Source of the DNA: a virus
Taxonomy: Duplodnaviria; Caudoviricetes
Direction: 5' to 3' (one strand)
DNA: 25,473 bases
Virus record (IMG/VR): IMGVR_UViG_3300033067_000146
Location: 1 to 25,473 of that record
How positions within the stretch are numbered: position 1 is the first letter of the stretch; the number at the start of each line of letters is the position of its first letter. Below the pieces are notes generated by a model. It was given only the letters and a program-made list of their open reading frames with translations. It searched no databases and was not told where the DNA came from. This document shows positions 9,627 through 18,164 of this stretch, one piece after another. The translations under genes were made by a program, and so were the position numbers.

Positions 9627-9890
9627 TTACCTTACTCCGCGCCGTCTGGCCCGGATGATCCACTCGACCACTACAGCATCATTGGCCGCTGTGTTGAACT
9701 GCAGCCAGGAAACGCGCACATCAACAGGCGTTGCAGCGGTGTCCAGTTGCAGCCATGAAACCCTGACATCTACCGGGGTTGCAGATGTGTCCAGTTGCAG
9801 CCATGAAACCCTGACATCTATTGATGCGCTTCCATCCGCGCCCAACCAGTCACCGGACCAGTTACCGCCCCAGTTCCCCTGGTAGGCCAT
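9627..9890 (-). CDS. Small Trp-rich repeat protein (87 aa)
   Basis: GNWGGNWSGDWLG N-terminus, three copies of DVRVSWLQ(L/F)(D/N)T, basic C-terminus; fits exactly between its neighbours. Confidence 0.75.
   Translation of the reverse strand: MAYQGNWGGNWSGDWLGADGSASIDVRVSWLQLDTSATPVDVRVSWLQLDTAATPVDVRVSWLQFNTAANDAVVVEWIIRARRRGVR
9691..9820. repeat. Coding tandem repeat, 48-bp period, 3 copies
   Basis: gtgtccagttgcagccatgaaaccctgacatcta is identical at 9739-9772 and 9787-9820, with a diverged copy at 9691-9724. Confidence 0.95.
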
Positions 9891-9892
9891 AC

Positions 9893-10747
9893 CTACGTCC
9901 CATCAAGTGAGTCAATAGTCCTTGTCCCAGCAGAGTACGTGCCATCAATCCGCGTTGTTGTCCCATCCAGACCCAAGAATTGCGGATTCGCACCTTCAAG
10001 TCCGGTCGCAGCGCCAGCCGCGTGCGCAGCCAATATGCGCAGGATTTCTGCTGCCGTGAATCCGGCTTCAATGACTTCCGTCCATGGGTTTGAGGCAGAC
10101 CCGGCATCGTTGAGCTTTTCGCCCATCGTGCCCGATGCGTTGTTTGATGCTGCCAATGCCGCCCAGACTGCTTCGCCCACGTTGGCTGTACTCAATCCGG
10201 TTCCTGTCACTGTGATGGCTGCGATCAGTTCGCCGATGGCGGTAAGCGTTGAACTTGCATTCCCACTTCCAGAGAGTGATCCCAGCAATTCACCAAGCCC
10301 GGTCAATGGCGCGGCGACAGTTCCTGAGCCGGTCAAGTCAGCCACTGCGGCAAGAAACGCCTGCAGGTTTGCGCTTGAAATCTCACCAGAACCTGTCAGG
10401 TCCGCCAGCGCCTGGACGATCAGACTACCAATCGCGTCCGAGATTTCACCGGACCCCAGCAGGTCTGCAAGGGCCAACTTCACAGCCAGCGCGTCAGCAG
10501 AAATACTTCCAGATCCATTTGCCCCATTAACCGAACCCATGCCACCCGATTCAAATGGCAGGTTCCAGCAGTAGTGGGTGTTGTAGCCGTTGTTGAAGGC
10601 GGACAGGTCAAGCCCGGTCAATACCGAGTCAGGCGTGTAGAACGAATTGAAAAGTGGCGGCTTGAATGTTGCCATCGGGTTGGTGAATCCAATCCCAAGA
10701 TGGCGAACCGTGTTTCGGTTCTCCTGCGTGTAATTCGCAAGAATCAT
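9893..10747 (-). CDS. Putative fibre/shaft protein with GSG repeats (284 aa; start revised to MILANY)
   Basis: ATG at 10747 overlaps the upstream stop (TAATG); five GSG-containing repeats of ~20-21 aa; C-terminal GTMGEKLNDAG...TAAEILRILAA segment. Confidence 0.7.
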   Translation of the reverse strand: MILANYTQENRNTVRHLGIGFTNPMATFKPPLFNSFYTPDSVLTGLDLSAFNNGYNTHYCWNLPFESGGMGSVNGANGSGSISADALAVKLALADLLGSGEISDAIGSLIVQALADLTGSGEISSANLQAFLAAVADLTGSGTVAAPLTGLGELLGSLSGSGNASSTLTAIGELIAAITVTGTGLSTANVGEAVWAALAASNNASGTMGEKLNDAGSASNPWTEVIEAGFTAAEILRILAAHAAGAATGLEGANPQFLGLDGTTTRIDGTYSAGTRTIDSLDGT

Positions 10748-11919
10748 TAGTTCCACACAAAGTTCAAGTATCCGGAAATCGCACTGTTGGCTGGAGTCGC
10801 AACACCCGAACCGTAGACCCAATAGAGCGCAGCGCCATCGTAAACCCGCGGGATGGACGGCAGGCCGAACATGAAATTCTGCTCTGCCATCAGGCCCAGC
10901 GTTGACAGCGGAAACTGCGCAAGCTCGCGGACAATCGCCACGGTGTATTCACCACTGACATAGCTCACGCTGTTCTGGATTGTGTCGATTTGCGCAATGC
11001 CAGAGTCACCCGCCTGCAGCGGCATCATGTAGTTGTACTTGCCGGTACCCGTCGCGCCGGTGTAAATGATGTGCGAATTGGATGCCGCTGTCTTTCCAAT
11101 GGGCAATACCGTTGGGGTTGCGCGTGATGCTGCCTGGCTGCTGTTTGTGTATCCCAGTGACATGTTTGGCGTTGCAGCGCCGAGAGCCGTTGCATTGCTG
11201 TTGAAGATGATTGCATTCAGACCGGCACCATTGGTGTACCTTGGCAGCAACCATGTTGACGTGTGAGTTCCTGTACCCGCATCAGTAATGTTGATCTGCG
11301 TCCCGGCGATGGCGTTGGCATAGCTGGTCGCCAACTTTCCTGTCGAATCGGTTACCCGGATGTAGTAGTAGTCTGTCGCCAGAGCCAACCCAGCCGGAAG
11401 CGTTGTGGTGGTGGTCAGCCTCATCCGCGTTCCCGTCAGAAGGTTTGACGGAATGTTTGCTGTGCTGGTCCATGAAATCACATCAGTTGATGCATCAGCC
11501 GTGAAGGTATCCGACATACCCAGCGTATTCGCTGTTGCCTGTGCCGTAGCAGTCGTTACCGATGTCACCCGGTAAAAGCCAACCACATCAACCAGAGCGA
11601 GAGTCCCTGGAACCACGGTGGCAGCAGCCGATACCGCTGCACCAGACAACAGGTACTTGTAGTAGGTCGGCTGGACACTTCCGCCGTGCTGGATCGCACC
11701 GGCACTTGTCGTGTTGTCCTTGACAGCCTGAAACGCCAGATTTGTTCCTGCGTTGAATATGGCATCTGCTGCAGGATTACCGGCCCCACGGAACAGCGTG
11801 TGCCATTCATTGGCCACTGCCGCGGCGGTCGGGTTGAAGTTCTTTCCCCAGTTCGTGCGGAATGTTTGCCCGTTGGCAAGCGCCGCAATCAGTTGGTCAT
11901 TGCTTGAAAAACCTGGCAT
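10747..11919 (-). CDS. Putative virion structural protein, paralogue B (390 aa)
   Basis: T/A/G-rich; shares LPR(Y/F)TxGxG, YTNS, PLxxGDSG and terminal VWN with 11929..12795; AGGA SD. Confidence 0.75.
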   Translation of the reverse strand: MPGFSSNDQLIAALANGQTFRTNWGKNFNPTAAAVANEWHTLFRGAGNPAADAIFNAGTNLAFQAVKDNTTSAGAIQHGGSVQPTYYKYLLSGAAVSAAATVVPGTLALVDVVGFYRVTSVTTATAQATANTLGMSDTFTADASTDVISWTSTANIPSNLLTGTRMRLTTTTTLPAGLALATDYYYIRVTDSTGKLATSYANAIAGTQINITDAGTGTHTSTWLLPRYTNGAGLNAIIFNSNATALGAATPNMSLGYTNSSQAASRATPTVLPIGKTAASNSHIIYTGATGTGKYNYMMPLQAGDSGIAQIDTIQNSVSYVSGEYTVAIVRELAQFPLSTLGLMAEQNFMFGLPSIPRVYDGAALYWVYGSGVATPANSAISGYLNFVWN

Positions 11920-11928
11920 GGTGTAGTC

Positions 11929-12795
11929 CTAGTTCCAGACTGTCTTGAGCATCCCGCGGATGGCAAGGCCAGTCAGTGAGCCCTTCGGAAGTGCAATTGC
12001 GCTGATGTAGGCGTCATCAGGTATCTGCTGCAGTTCGTTGGCAAAAAGCAAAAAGTCTTTGTCATACGGTGCGTCAATGCCCCGTATGGTCATCTGGGCC
12101 AATGGCTTGACAAGCACGATGGCAAAAAACCCGGTATCCGCACCATTCATCTGGACTGACTCAATCAGCCTCACACCACTATCACCCAAGGCCAATGGGA
12201 TGAACGGGTCCGGGGTTGTCCCGACTGTGGCCGTCTGACTGGTTGTGACCGTACCTGGCGATGCAATGGCGTTCTGGGTCACAGTCTGCGAAACCCTACC
12301 AGATACACCATCTGAATTGGTGTACGTCACGGTAAAGGTCTGTCCGCCCGTCCTTGATGAAATCGTCACTGGCATCATCATCACGCCCTTGCCGTCTGTG
12401 AACCTCGGCAAAGTGACTGTGTTATCCATCGTTTGCGGGTCTGTGTTCCCGTCTTCAATGGATGGGTAATAGATCAGGTAATCGCAAAATATCAGCGACA
12501 TAGGCAGCGGTGTTGCGCTTGCACATGCCGACCGGATGAATCTCAAGTACTTGGTTTGGCTCGATCCAATCGAAGCCCCGTGATAAATCCCGCCGTCCGT
12601 GCTTTGCCTGATCGCCTGAGCCGTCAAGGGGGCTGCATCGAACCATTGCTTTGCCCGTGGGTTACCAGATGCACCTGTCAGGTCGTACCAAATACCTGCT
12701 GTTGTGATCTGGTTGACGTTCTTGACCCACTCGGATGATCTGGTTTTGCCATTAAGTTCGGCATCCACTAGTTCACGGACATTCAAAACTGCCAT
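11929..12795 (-). CDS. Putative virion structural protein, paralogue A (288 aa)
   Basis: TAATG coupling to the upstream gene; motifs shared with 10747..11919. Confidence 0.75.
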   Translation of the reverse strand: MAVLNVRELVDAELNGKTRSSEWVKNVNQITTAGIWYDLTGASGNPRAKQWFDAAPLTAQAIRQSTDGGIYHGASIGSSQTKYLRFIRSACASATPLPMSLIFCDYLIYYPSIEDGNTDPQTMDNTVTLPRFTDGKGVMMMPVTISSRTGGQTFTVTYTNSDGVSGRVSQTVTQNAIASPGTVTTSQTATVGTTPDPFIPLALGDSGVRLIESVQMNGADTGFFAIVLVKPLAQMTIRGIDAPYDKDFLLFANELQQIPDDAYISAIALPKGSLTGLAIRGMLKTVWN

Positions 12796-13007
12796 TACAC
12801 GATGACCTCATGCAGAACGCAGCCAAATTGGGCCTTGCACTTGAACGGAGAAAACTGTCCAGAACCATCAACAACCACGGCAATTTCATTTGCTATGGAG
12901 TAGTCAGGCTCGTACATGGCTTTGACAAACCGGTCACATGAGCCAAAGCCAGACATGAAGTGCTGGCTGTCCGTCTCCATGAAATGTTTGCAGGTTCCAC
13001 AGTTCAT
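12795..13007 (-). CDS. Small Cys-rich protein (70 aa; start revised to MNCGTCKHF)
   Basis: ATGA overlap at 13004-13007 and TAATG at 12795; CxxCxH...GxC...FGCxxH pattern. Confidence 0.65.
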   Translation of the reverse strand: MNCGTCKHFMETDSQHFMSGFGSCDRFVKAMYEPDYSIANEIAVVVDGSGQFSPFKCKAQFGCVLHEVIV

Positions 13008-13276
13008 ACGCAGCGCCCGGTCAATGCGGCTGCAATCTGCCGCCACTTCATGGTTGCCGAATCTTTGAAGTTCAATCCACCTTCACCGGCCAAGATGGAC
13101 TTGCGTGGCGCGTTGATCTGGTGGCCACACTCTTGCCCGCAGGGGCGTTCAATCGAGCAACCAATGCCGTCAATTGGCGTCACCTTGACCGCGCGAAGAC
13201 AATCTGCGCAGTAGTACAGCGGCAAGCCAATAACCTCATCAAGTTTGCGCTCCAGGGCGCTGCGTTGGTCGGCCAT
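13004..13276 (-). CDS. Small Zn-finger-like protein (90 aa)
   Basis: Start abuts the upstream stop (TAA ATG); YYCADC...C...CGQECGH. Confidence 0.7.
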   Translation of the reverse strand: MADQRSALERKLDEVIGLPLYYCADCLRAVKVTPIDGIGCSIERPCGQECGHQINAPRKSILAGEGGLNFKDSATMKWRQIAAALTGRCV

Positions 13277-13699
13277 TTATGCCTCGGTAATCGTGAGCGC
13301 GCCACCGGCAAACTGCGGCGTGATGCCAGAGGACACCGCCAGCGGTGAGTTCAACGCACCGTAATGCCATGAATTGGTTGCATCGCCTGTGGACACATGG
13401 GTAATCGTGTTGCCAGTCACGCCACACTGCGGAAATGACAGCGTTGATGCATTGGATGTTGCCCCACCAGAAGCTGCAGCCCAACCCGTGGACCTTGCTG
13501 CTGTCACGCCAGCATAGTTGGTGTAGGTGGCCTTGTTCTCGGCTTGAGTACCCGTTCCAGCGGTCAGGCTGGCTGTGTGAAGATGGACAGTCACGTTCGT
13601 CACGGGGCTTGATGCCGCGTTGTCAGCGACGTTCGCCCAGGCCGTTGCCCGGTACATCAGGTTCACGATGGAGTTACAAACAGCGGTTGCTTTTGGCAT
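13277..13699 (-). CDS. Small phage structural protein, Gp80-like/tail-fibre-associated family (140 aa)
   Basis: HLHTA...YTNYA...GW...SNASTLSFPQ...TITH...GAL...VSSGITPQFAGGALTITE matches a widespread small virion protein family (recalled, not searched); AGGA SD. Confidence 0.7.
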   Translation of the reverse strand: MPKATAVCNSIVNLMYRATAWANVADNAASSPVTNVTVHLHTASLTAGTGTQAENKATYTNYAGVTAARSTGWAAASGGATSNASTLSFPQCGVTGNTITHVSTGDATNSWHYGALNSPLAVSSGITPQFAGGALTITEA

Positions 13700-13707
13700 G
13701 ATTTTTC

Positions 13708-14349
13708 CTATGCTGATTCAAGTTCAACGCTCATTGCGCCGGATGTAATGGCTGCGATTTCTGGTGCCGTCAGAGTTATCTCGTACAGCGTATCTGTTGA
13801 TGTGAGAACCTGTGTCTCATTGCGCACCGTCGCGCCGCCTGTGTTTTTCAATCGGACTATCACGCTGTTGCCGGTGCTGCTGGACGCGCGGTAACTCAGT
13901 TTCTGTGACGATGTTCCAGGGTATGTCGTCGCATTCAGTGCCAGTTCGCATATCGAGCCGGTTGCTGTCGTCACGATGTAGTCCAGCGCGTCAGGCGTCA
14001 CTTCATCAAGCATGGCGTACAGGTCACTTCCGGTACTTGGCGTCCATCCTGAATTGCTGCTATCTGATACTGGCCTGCCGACCGTGACAGATGGCGTAGT
14101 GGTTGTCCCGTAACTGCGCCAGACAATCGCCCTGTTTTTGGCGTTAATCCTGAAAATTGTCCGCTTGATCGTTGCACTTGCTGGCGCATCTGCCGTTGTG
14201 CCGTAACTTCTCGCTACCAGCGCATGACCGCGGGCAACTATTCTGAAGTGCGGTCTGAGAATTGTTGAAGTTTCGGGTGGCGGTGTGGTGGCATCCGAGG
14301 ATTGCCGCCACGCAATGACTCCACCCTTGCGAGTGAAGAACCGATTCAC
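13708..14349 (-). CDS. Putative virion accessory protein with N-terminal repeated motif (213 aa)
   Basis: GTG start 1 nt after the upstream stop; three FRI...A(I/L)V(W/A)RSYG-like segments, then a beta-sandwich-like domain (GWTPS...LYAMLDEVTPD). Confidence 0.7.
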   Translation of the reverse strand: MNRFFTRKGGVIAWRQSSDATTPPPETSTILRPHFRIVARGHALVARSYGTTADAPASATIKRTIFRINAKNRAIVWRSYGTTTTPSVTVGRPVSDSSNSGWTPSTGSDLYAMLDEVTPDALDYIVTTATGSICELALNATTYPGTSSQKLSYRASSSTGNSVIVRLKNTGGATVRNETQVLTSTDTLYEITLTAPEIAAITSGAMSVELESA

Positions 14350-14350
14350 T

Positions 14351-14926
14351 TTATGGCTCCATCAACAGCGTGATAAACAGGTCATCACAGCCGGTTGCAA
14401 CCATCCTCAATGTCACCACGTCACCATTCCGGTCTGCTGCGCTCAGGTCGATTTCATAAGCGCCGTTACTGATTTCCGTCGCCGTGCCTGCTGTAGTTGC
14501 ACCAAAGGCCGCACCGTCCAGGGAGCGTGTCACCGTCACTGTCTTTCCCGTTGCAGGGTTGTGATTGGTGCTGTCGGTCATTTCAAAAGCAAAGTTGGCG
14601 AGCGCCGTGTTCTTTTTCATTACGCTGTTCGGGATCGTCACGATCCGGGCCGGTGCGCCGACAACAACGATATTTGCCGTCGATGACTTGGCAGAAATCA
14701 GAATATCGTCTGCATTTGTTTCGGCTTGGGACAGGTCCACAAGATAGTAGCCCTTGGCGTTGGTCGCGTCCATCTCTGTTGCTGACGTGTCCGTGATCGC
14801 GGTAACGCTGCCGAAGTCCTTTGAAATGTAGGCCGTGATGTTGGCGGCGTCACCCGTCTTTGGGGTGTTGGTCGTAGCGTCGAAGGCAAACAGAATCGCC
14901 TTTTGTGATGCCGTGTTCTTGAACAT
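14351..14926 (-). CDS. Two-domain Ig-like protein (191 aa)
   Basis: Internal duplication KNTA...D.T...P.TG...S.D...ATE...G.Y..DLS.A..N.D in both halves. Confidence 0.75.
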   Translation of the reverse strand: MFKNTASQKAILFAFDATTNTPKTGDAANITAYISKDFGSVTAITDTSATEMDATNAKGYYLVDLSQAETNADDILISAKSSTANIVVVGAPARIVTIPNSVMKKNTALANFAFEMTDSTNHNPATGKTVTVTRSLDGAAFGATTAGTATEISNGAYEIDLSAADRNGDVVTLRMVATGCDDLFITLLMEP

Positions 14927-14928
14927 AT

Positions 14929-15348
14929 CTATGCCCCGAGGTTTGCAATGAAGCGGTAGAAGTTGCTGCTGTACACACCGCCCGCTGCATTGCTGGTGTA
15001 GCTGATAGGAGTGGGATCAGTAAGACCGCCGTCGTCTGATGTGCTGATCGTCTTAACACCCGTTGTTGCTGGCGTGTAGGTGAACGTGCCAGTGGGCGAT
15101 CCCGAACTGATGCTGACAGTCGTCGGCGTGAATGTCCCGCCTGCTCCACCGTCTGCCGGGGTGACAACAATCGTTCCGGTAATCACTCCATTGGCGCCCA
15201 CCGTGAAGTTGGTAGACGCTACAAGAACCGTGCCCGAGCTTGGGCCGGACATGGTGACGGCAGTAGCCGCTCCAGTCAGAGAAGGAACAAACCGTCTGCG
15301 CAGTAGCGGCGGCTTCCACCGCGACTTGAACAGATTGCGAACGGCCAC
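14929..15348 (-). CDS. Single Ig-like domain protein with basic N-terminal peptide (139 aa)
   Basis: GTG start abutting the upstream TAA; GGTFTPTTVSIS...TFTYTPATTGVKTIS beta-strand pattern. Confidence 0.7.
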   Translation of the reverse strand: MAVRNLFKSRWKPPLLRRRFVPSLTGAATAVTMSGPSSGTVLVASTNFTVGANGVITGTIVVTPADGGAGGTFTPTTVSISSGSPTGTFTYTPATTGVKTISTSDDGGLTDPTPISYTSNAAGGVYSSNFYRFIANLGA

Positions 15349-15825
15349 TTATGCCTCGCGGACGTAGAGCGTGCCGCTCAGTGTGATGGCGTCAGCCGGT
15401 GCAGTGTTAAGGCGAACGACCATAGTCGTATTGGCCTGGGAAGCGTAAGGCTCTGCACCATCTGGCCACCAGTTGGCATAGCCAGCACGGACATTGAAAG
15501 CATCTTCGTGGATAACAGTCGTTGTGCCAGTGTTGGCAATCGTTGTGTTGTTGACTTCAGCCGTAAAAGCCGCCGCCACGTCGTTGAACTTGACCGTGAC
15601 GGGAGTCGGGGCCGTGCCGCCCGAGCCGCTGACCGTATGTCCGCGAACAATCGAGAAGCGCAGGATTTCTTCAGCAGCATCCCCAACGTCAGAGTTGCCG
15701 ACTTGAGTCAGGAACAAACCGACAATCTCCACCGGCTTGTCGTCGGCTGGCGTGAGTTCAAAGAAGTCTTGCGCTGCGGCTACCGAGACAGCGGCAAAGT
15801 TGACCGTGTAAATGCGTCCGTTCAT
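15349..15825 (-). CDS. Putative jelly-roll virion protein (158 aa; start revised to MNGRIY)
   Basis: GAGGA SD before ATG 15825; alternating beta pattern; ends LSGTLYVRE. Confidence 0.7.
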   Translation of the reverse strand: MNGRIYTVNFAAVSVAAAQDFFELTPADDKPVEIVGLFLTQVGNSDVGDAAEEILRFSIVRGHTVSGSGGTAPTPVTVKFNDVAAAFTAEVNNTTIANTGTTTVIHEDAFNVRAGYANWWPDGAEPYASQANTTMVVRLNTAPADAITLSGTLYVREA

Positions 15826-15835
15826 GATGATTTCC

Positions 15836-16561
15836 TCACATTGCAAAAAGGTTTTTGAAAGATGCACCGCCGCGCTTAGGCGGAGGTGCCGTTGTTGCTG
15901 CCGTGCGCGTTATCGGGTGTGGTTGTCCAGAGGCCACGACACTGCCATTGGCTGTGAGTGTGTGAGTGCCACCAATAGAGACATACGAGCCGCCTGCCTG
16001 GTAGTCTTTGAGCGTCCAACCATCTACCCAGCCTGACATTGATTCTGGGGTGTAATCCCCACACAGGGTCGTGAAGTCTCCCGATGTCAGCGCAGTATTG
16101 AAAAAATGTGCTTCAGCAACAGATCCGTTTAGGAAATTTGACGCCGCGCCGCTGTTGTAATGCGCCGCCCCTATGGTCACGCGATCATGACTTGTCGTAT
16201 CGTCGGTCACGGAGCCTGTATTACTACCGCCTGCGTCCCCCGAAGCAAAATAAACAGTTCGGGATGTTGTACTTGCAAAAACGACTAGGGATGGCTGCAA
16301 GGTTGCGCCCACCGTCCCATGAGTTGATGTCGCAATCTGGCCACCGCCTGGATTCCTAAAAGACGCATATTTTGAACTGGCATTGCCGTCCTGATACATA
16401 CCAGCGCGTCTATCTGCATTGCTCTGTTGCTGCTGAAAATATAATATGTCACCAGGTACTGAGTCAAACGATACCCAGCAAAACATCGAAAACGGAAAAG
16501 CAGAAACTACCTTGGAGCCCATCTCCAGATAGCCGGTCGATCCGTTGAACTTAATCGCCAT
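15836..16561 (-). CDS. LamG/concanavalin A-like lectin-fold protein (241 aa)
   Basis: AIKFNGSTGYL, FSMFCWV, VTIGA...FLNGSVAEAHFFNTALT are hallmarks of the LamG-like fold; Pro/Thr linker and short tail. Confidence 0.8.
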   Translation of the reverse strand: MAIKFNGSTGYLEMGSKVVSAFPFSMFCWVSFDSVPGDILYFQQQQSNADRRAGMYQDGNASSKYASFRNPGGGQIATSTHGTVGATLQPSLVVFASTTSRTVYFASGDAGGSNTGSVTDDTTSHDRVTIGAAHYNSGAASNFLNGSVAEAHFFNTALTSGDFTTLCGDYTPESMSGWVDGWTLKDYQAGGSYVSIGGTHTLTANGSVVASGQPHPITRTAATTAPPPKRGGASFKNLFAM

Positions 16562-16562
16562 A

Positions 16563-17648
16563 TCAAGCCGTCCTGATAAAGTAAAGGTTGGAGCTTGATT
16601 GAGGCAGCATTACAAACCCCTTATAGGCAGGCACATACTGGAATCTCTTGTTCACCCCAGCAGCTGGTGATGCGCCTGGCGTTGAAGACCCGCCGCCCAA
16701 ACTCAGAATGCTTATGTCCCACGTTGTGGTGCCGTTTTTTGTGATCTTATAAATGCGACCTGCACCAGACCCCTGCCCACAATAGAAAAGGAAATTGTCA
16801 TTAAATGAGTCGTAATCCATGCCCGAGTACGTGGGCGCATCTGCGATGAATTGCGTGAGTGCTGCGGATGAATTAAATGAAATCGTAGAGGTGGTTCCAG
16901 CCCCCAAATTTGCACGATTTGCCGTGACACCAGAACCGAATCCCTGACCGTCTGCCCATTGAAGTGAAAATATTGACCCATCTGATGAGTCGTAAGCCGT
17001 GGGGAAGCGGCCAATGCTGTGCGGATGCGTTCCCCATGTGTTTGTGACTGCGTTAAATTTCTTTCCGCCGCCGGTGTAAATGACGCCAGATGCGTCTTGC
17101 GAGTTGCCGTAGTTGCCTGCCACCGGCATGTCTGTGTAAGTGCCGGCAGCGTCCCACGCATTGGTTGCCAGGTTGAAGCCGTCCACATGCACCGTATAGC
17201 GTGCGACGGTTCCTATTGCATAGCCACCGACCAACATCACACGATCAGTTTGCGATATGTATTGGATGTAGTTGTACAAGTGCCTCGCCATTGGCGTGCC
17301 ATCAGATGCGTTGTAACTATCGTTGTCAGCAGCAGAATCGTTTGGGCTGGCGGTCGCCGCTTTGCGCGTGGTCCATGATGGAGAACCCGCTGATAGGTCG
17401 CAAGACACAACCCGGTTATCCATGCCAGGATGCCCGCCCGCCGCTGCGATGATGATTTCAGGTGTTGACGGTTTGAGAGCGAAGCCACAATAAGCATCAA
17501 TATCAGCCCCACCCGCACCGCTGGTGCCGCTGATTGCGAACCATTCGTTAATGGTTGGATGTGCAGAGAGCCACGCGGGTTCACCACCCGTATTCTCTCC
17601 CGCTGGTGTACCGCGTCCAAAGCTGCGGGCAGGGTACCTGACGAACAT
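16563..17648 (-). CDS. Kelch-like beta-propeller protein (361 aa)
   Basis: Repeated GG...W blades (AAAGGH, MLVGGY, GFNLATNAWD, KFNAVTNTW, AYDSSDG, DYDSFND); start abuts the upstream TAA. Confidence 0.7.
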   Translation of the reverse strand: MFVRYPARSFGRGTPAGENTGGEPAWLSAHPTINEWFAISGTSGAGGADIDAYCGFALKPSTPEIIIAAAGGHPGMDNRVVSCDLSAGSPSWTTRKAATASPNDSAADNDSYNASDGTPMARHLYNYIQYISQTDRVMLVGGYAIGTVARYTVHVDGFNLATNAWDAAGTYTDMPVAGNYGNSQDASGVIYTGGGKKFNAVTNTWGTHPHSIGRFPTAYDSSDGSIFSLQWADGQGFGSGVTANRANLGAGTTSTISFNSSAALTQFIADAPTYSGMDYDSFNDNFLFYCGQGSGAGRIYKITKNGTTTWDISILSLGGGSSTPGASPAAGVNKRFQYVPAYKGFVMLPQSSSNLYFIRTA

Positions 17649-18161
17649 TTAGACGAACTTCGCCTTCAAGGCTTCAATCGCCTTGTTCAGCCGGTCATGC
17701 TCTTTCTGAGCGGCATCCACCGCGGCCTGACTGGCTTCTGCGGCTGCTTTGAGTGCTGCGGCCTTGGACGTGATCAGCGAAAGGTCGTCAAGGGCTTTGA
17801 GCCGTTCAGCCTTGGAGGCTTCAGCCACACTTTCCGCATTGGCCTTCTCGCGCGCCAGGATGTTCTGGGCGGTCTGGTTGGCCTGCATGATGATGTCAGC
17901 GGCCTGCGTCTTGGCTTGATCACCAGCATCGAGCAGGATTTGGGCTGCAGCGTCTTTGGCGTCATCAATCTGCGTCTGAAGGGTTGCCAGCTCCAGTTCG
18001 GCCTTGCCCTTGGCAGCTTCAGCAATCTCGCGGGCGCGCTGGGCTTCTGCTGCGGCAAGTTCCACAGAGCCGATTTGCTCCATGGCTTCAGCGGCCTTCA
18101 CAAAACCCTCATGGAGCCTTGCCTGACGCTTGAGAAAGTCGGAAACTTCGGTGTAGTTCAT
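17649..18161 (-). CDS. Coiled-coil protein (170 aa)
   Basis: A/E/K/Q-rich, no prolines; GAGGA SD. Confidence 0.75.
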   Translation of the reverse strand: MNYTEVSDFLKRQARLHEGFVKAAEAMEQIGSVELAAAEAQRAREIAEAAKGKAELELATLQTQIDDAKDAAAQILLDAGDQAKTQAADIIMQANQTAQNILAREKANAESVAEASKAERLKALDDLSLITSKAAALKAAAEASQAAVDAAQKEHDRLNKAIEALKAKFV

Positions 18162-18164
18162 GAT

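Noticed and set aside
9691-9820. Mini-CRISPR array
   Set aside because: The 14-bp intervals are too short and similar to each other, and the 48-bp period is in-frame coding with synonymous divergence.
9939-10574. Long + strand ORFs (also 1735..2391, 5589..6182, 8066..8755, 17559..18347, 24167..24754)
   Set aside because: Antisense shadows of well-supported - strand genes with no recognisable motifs.
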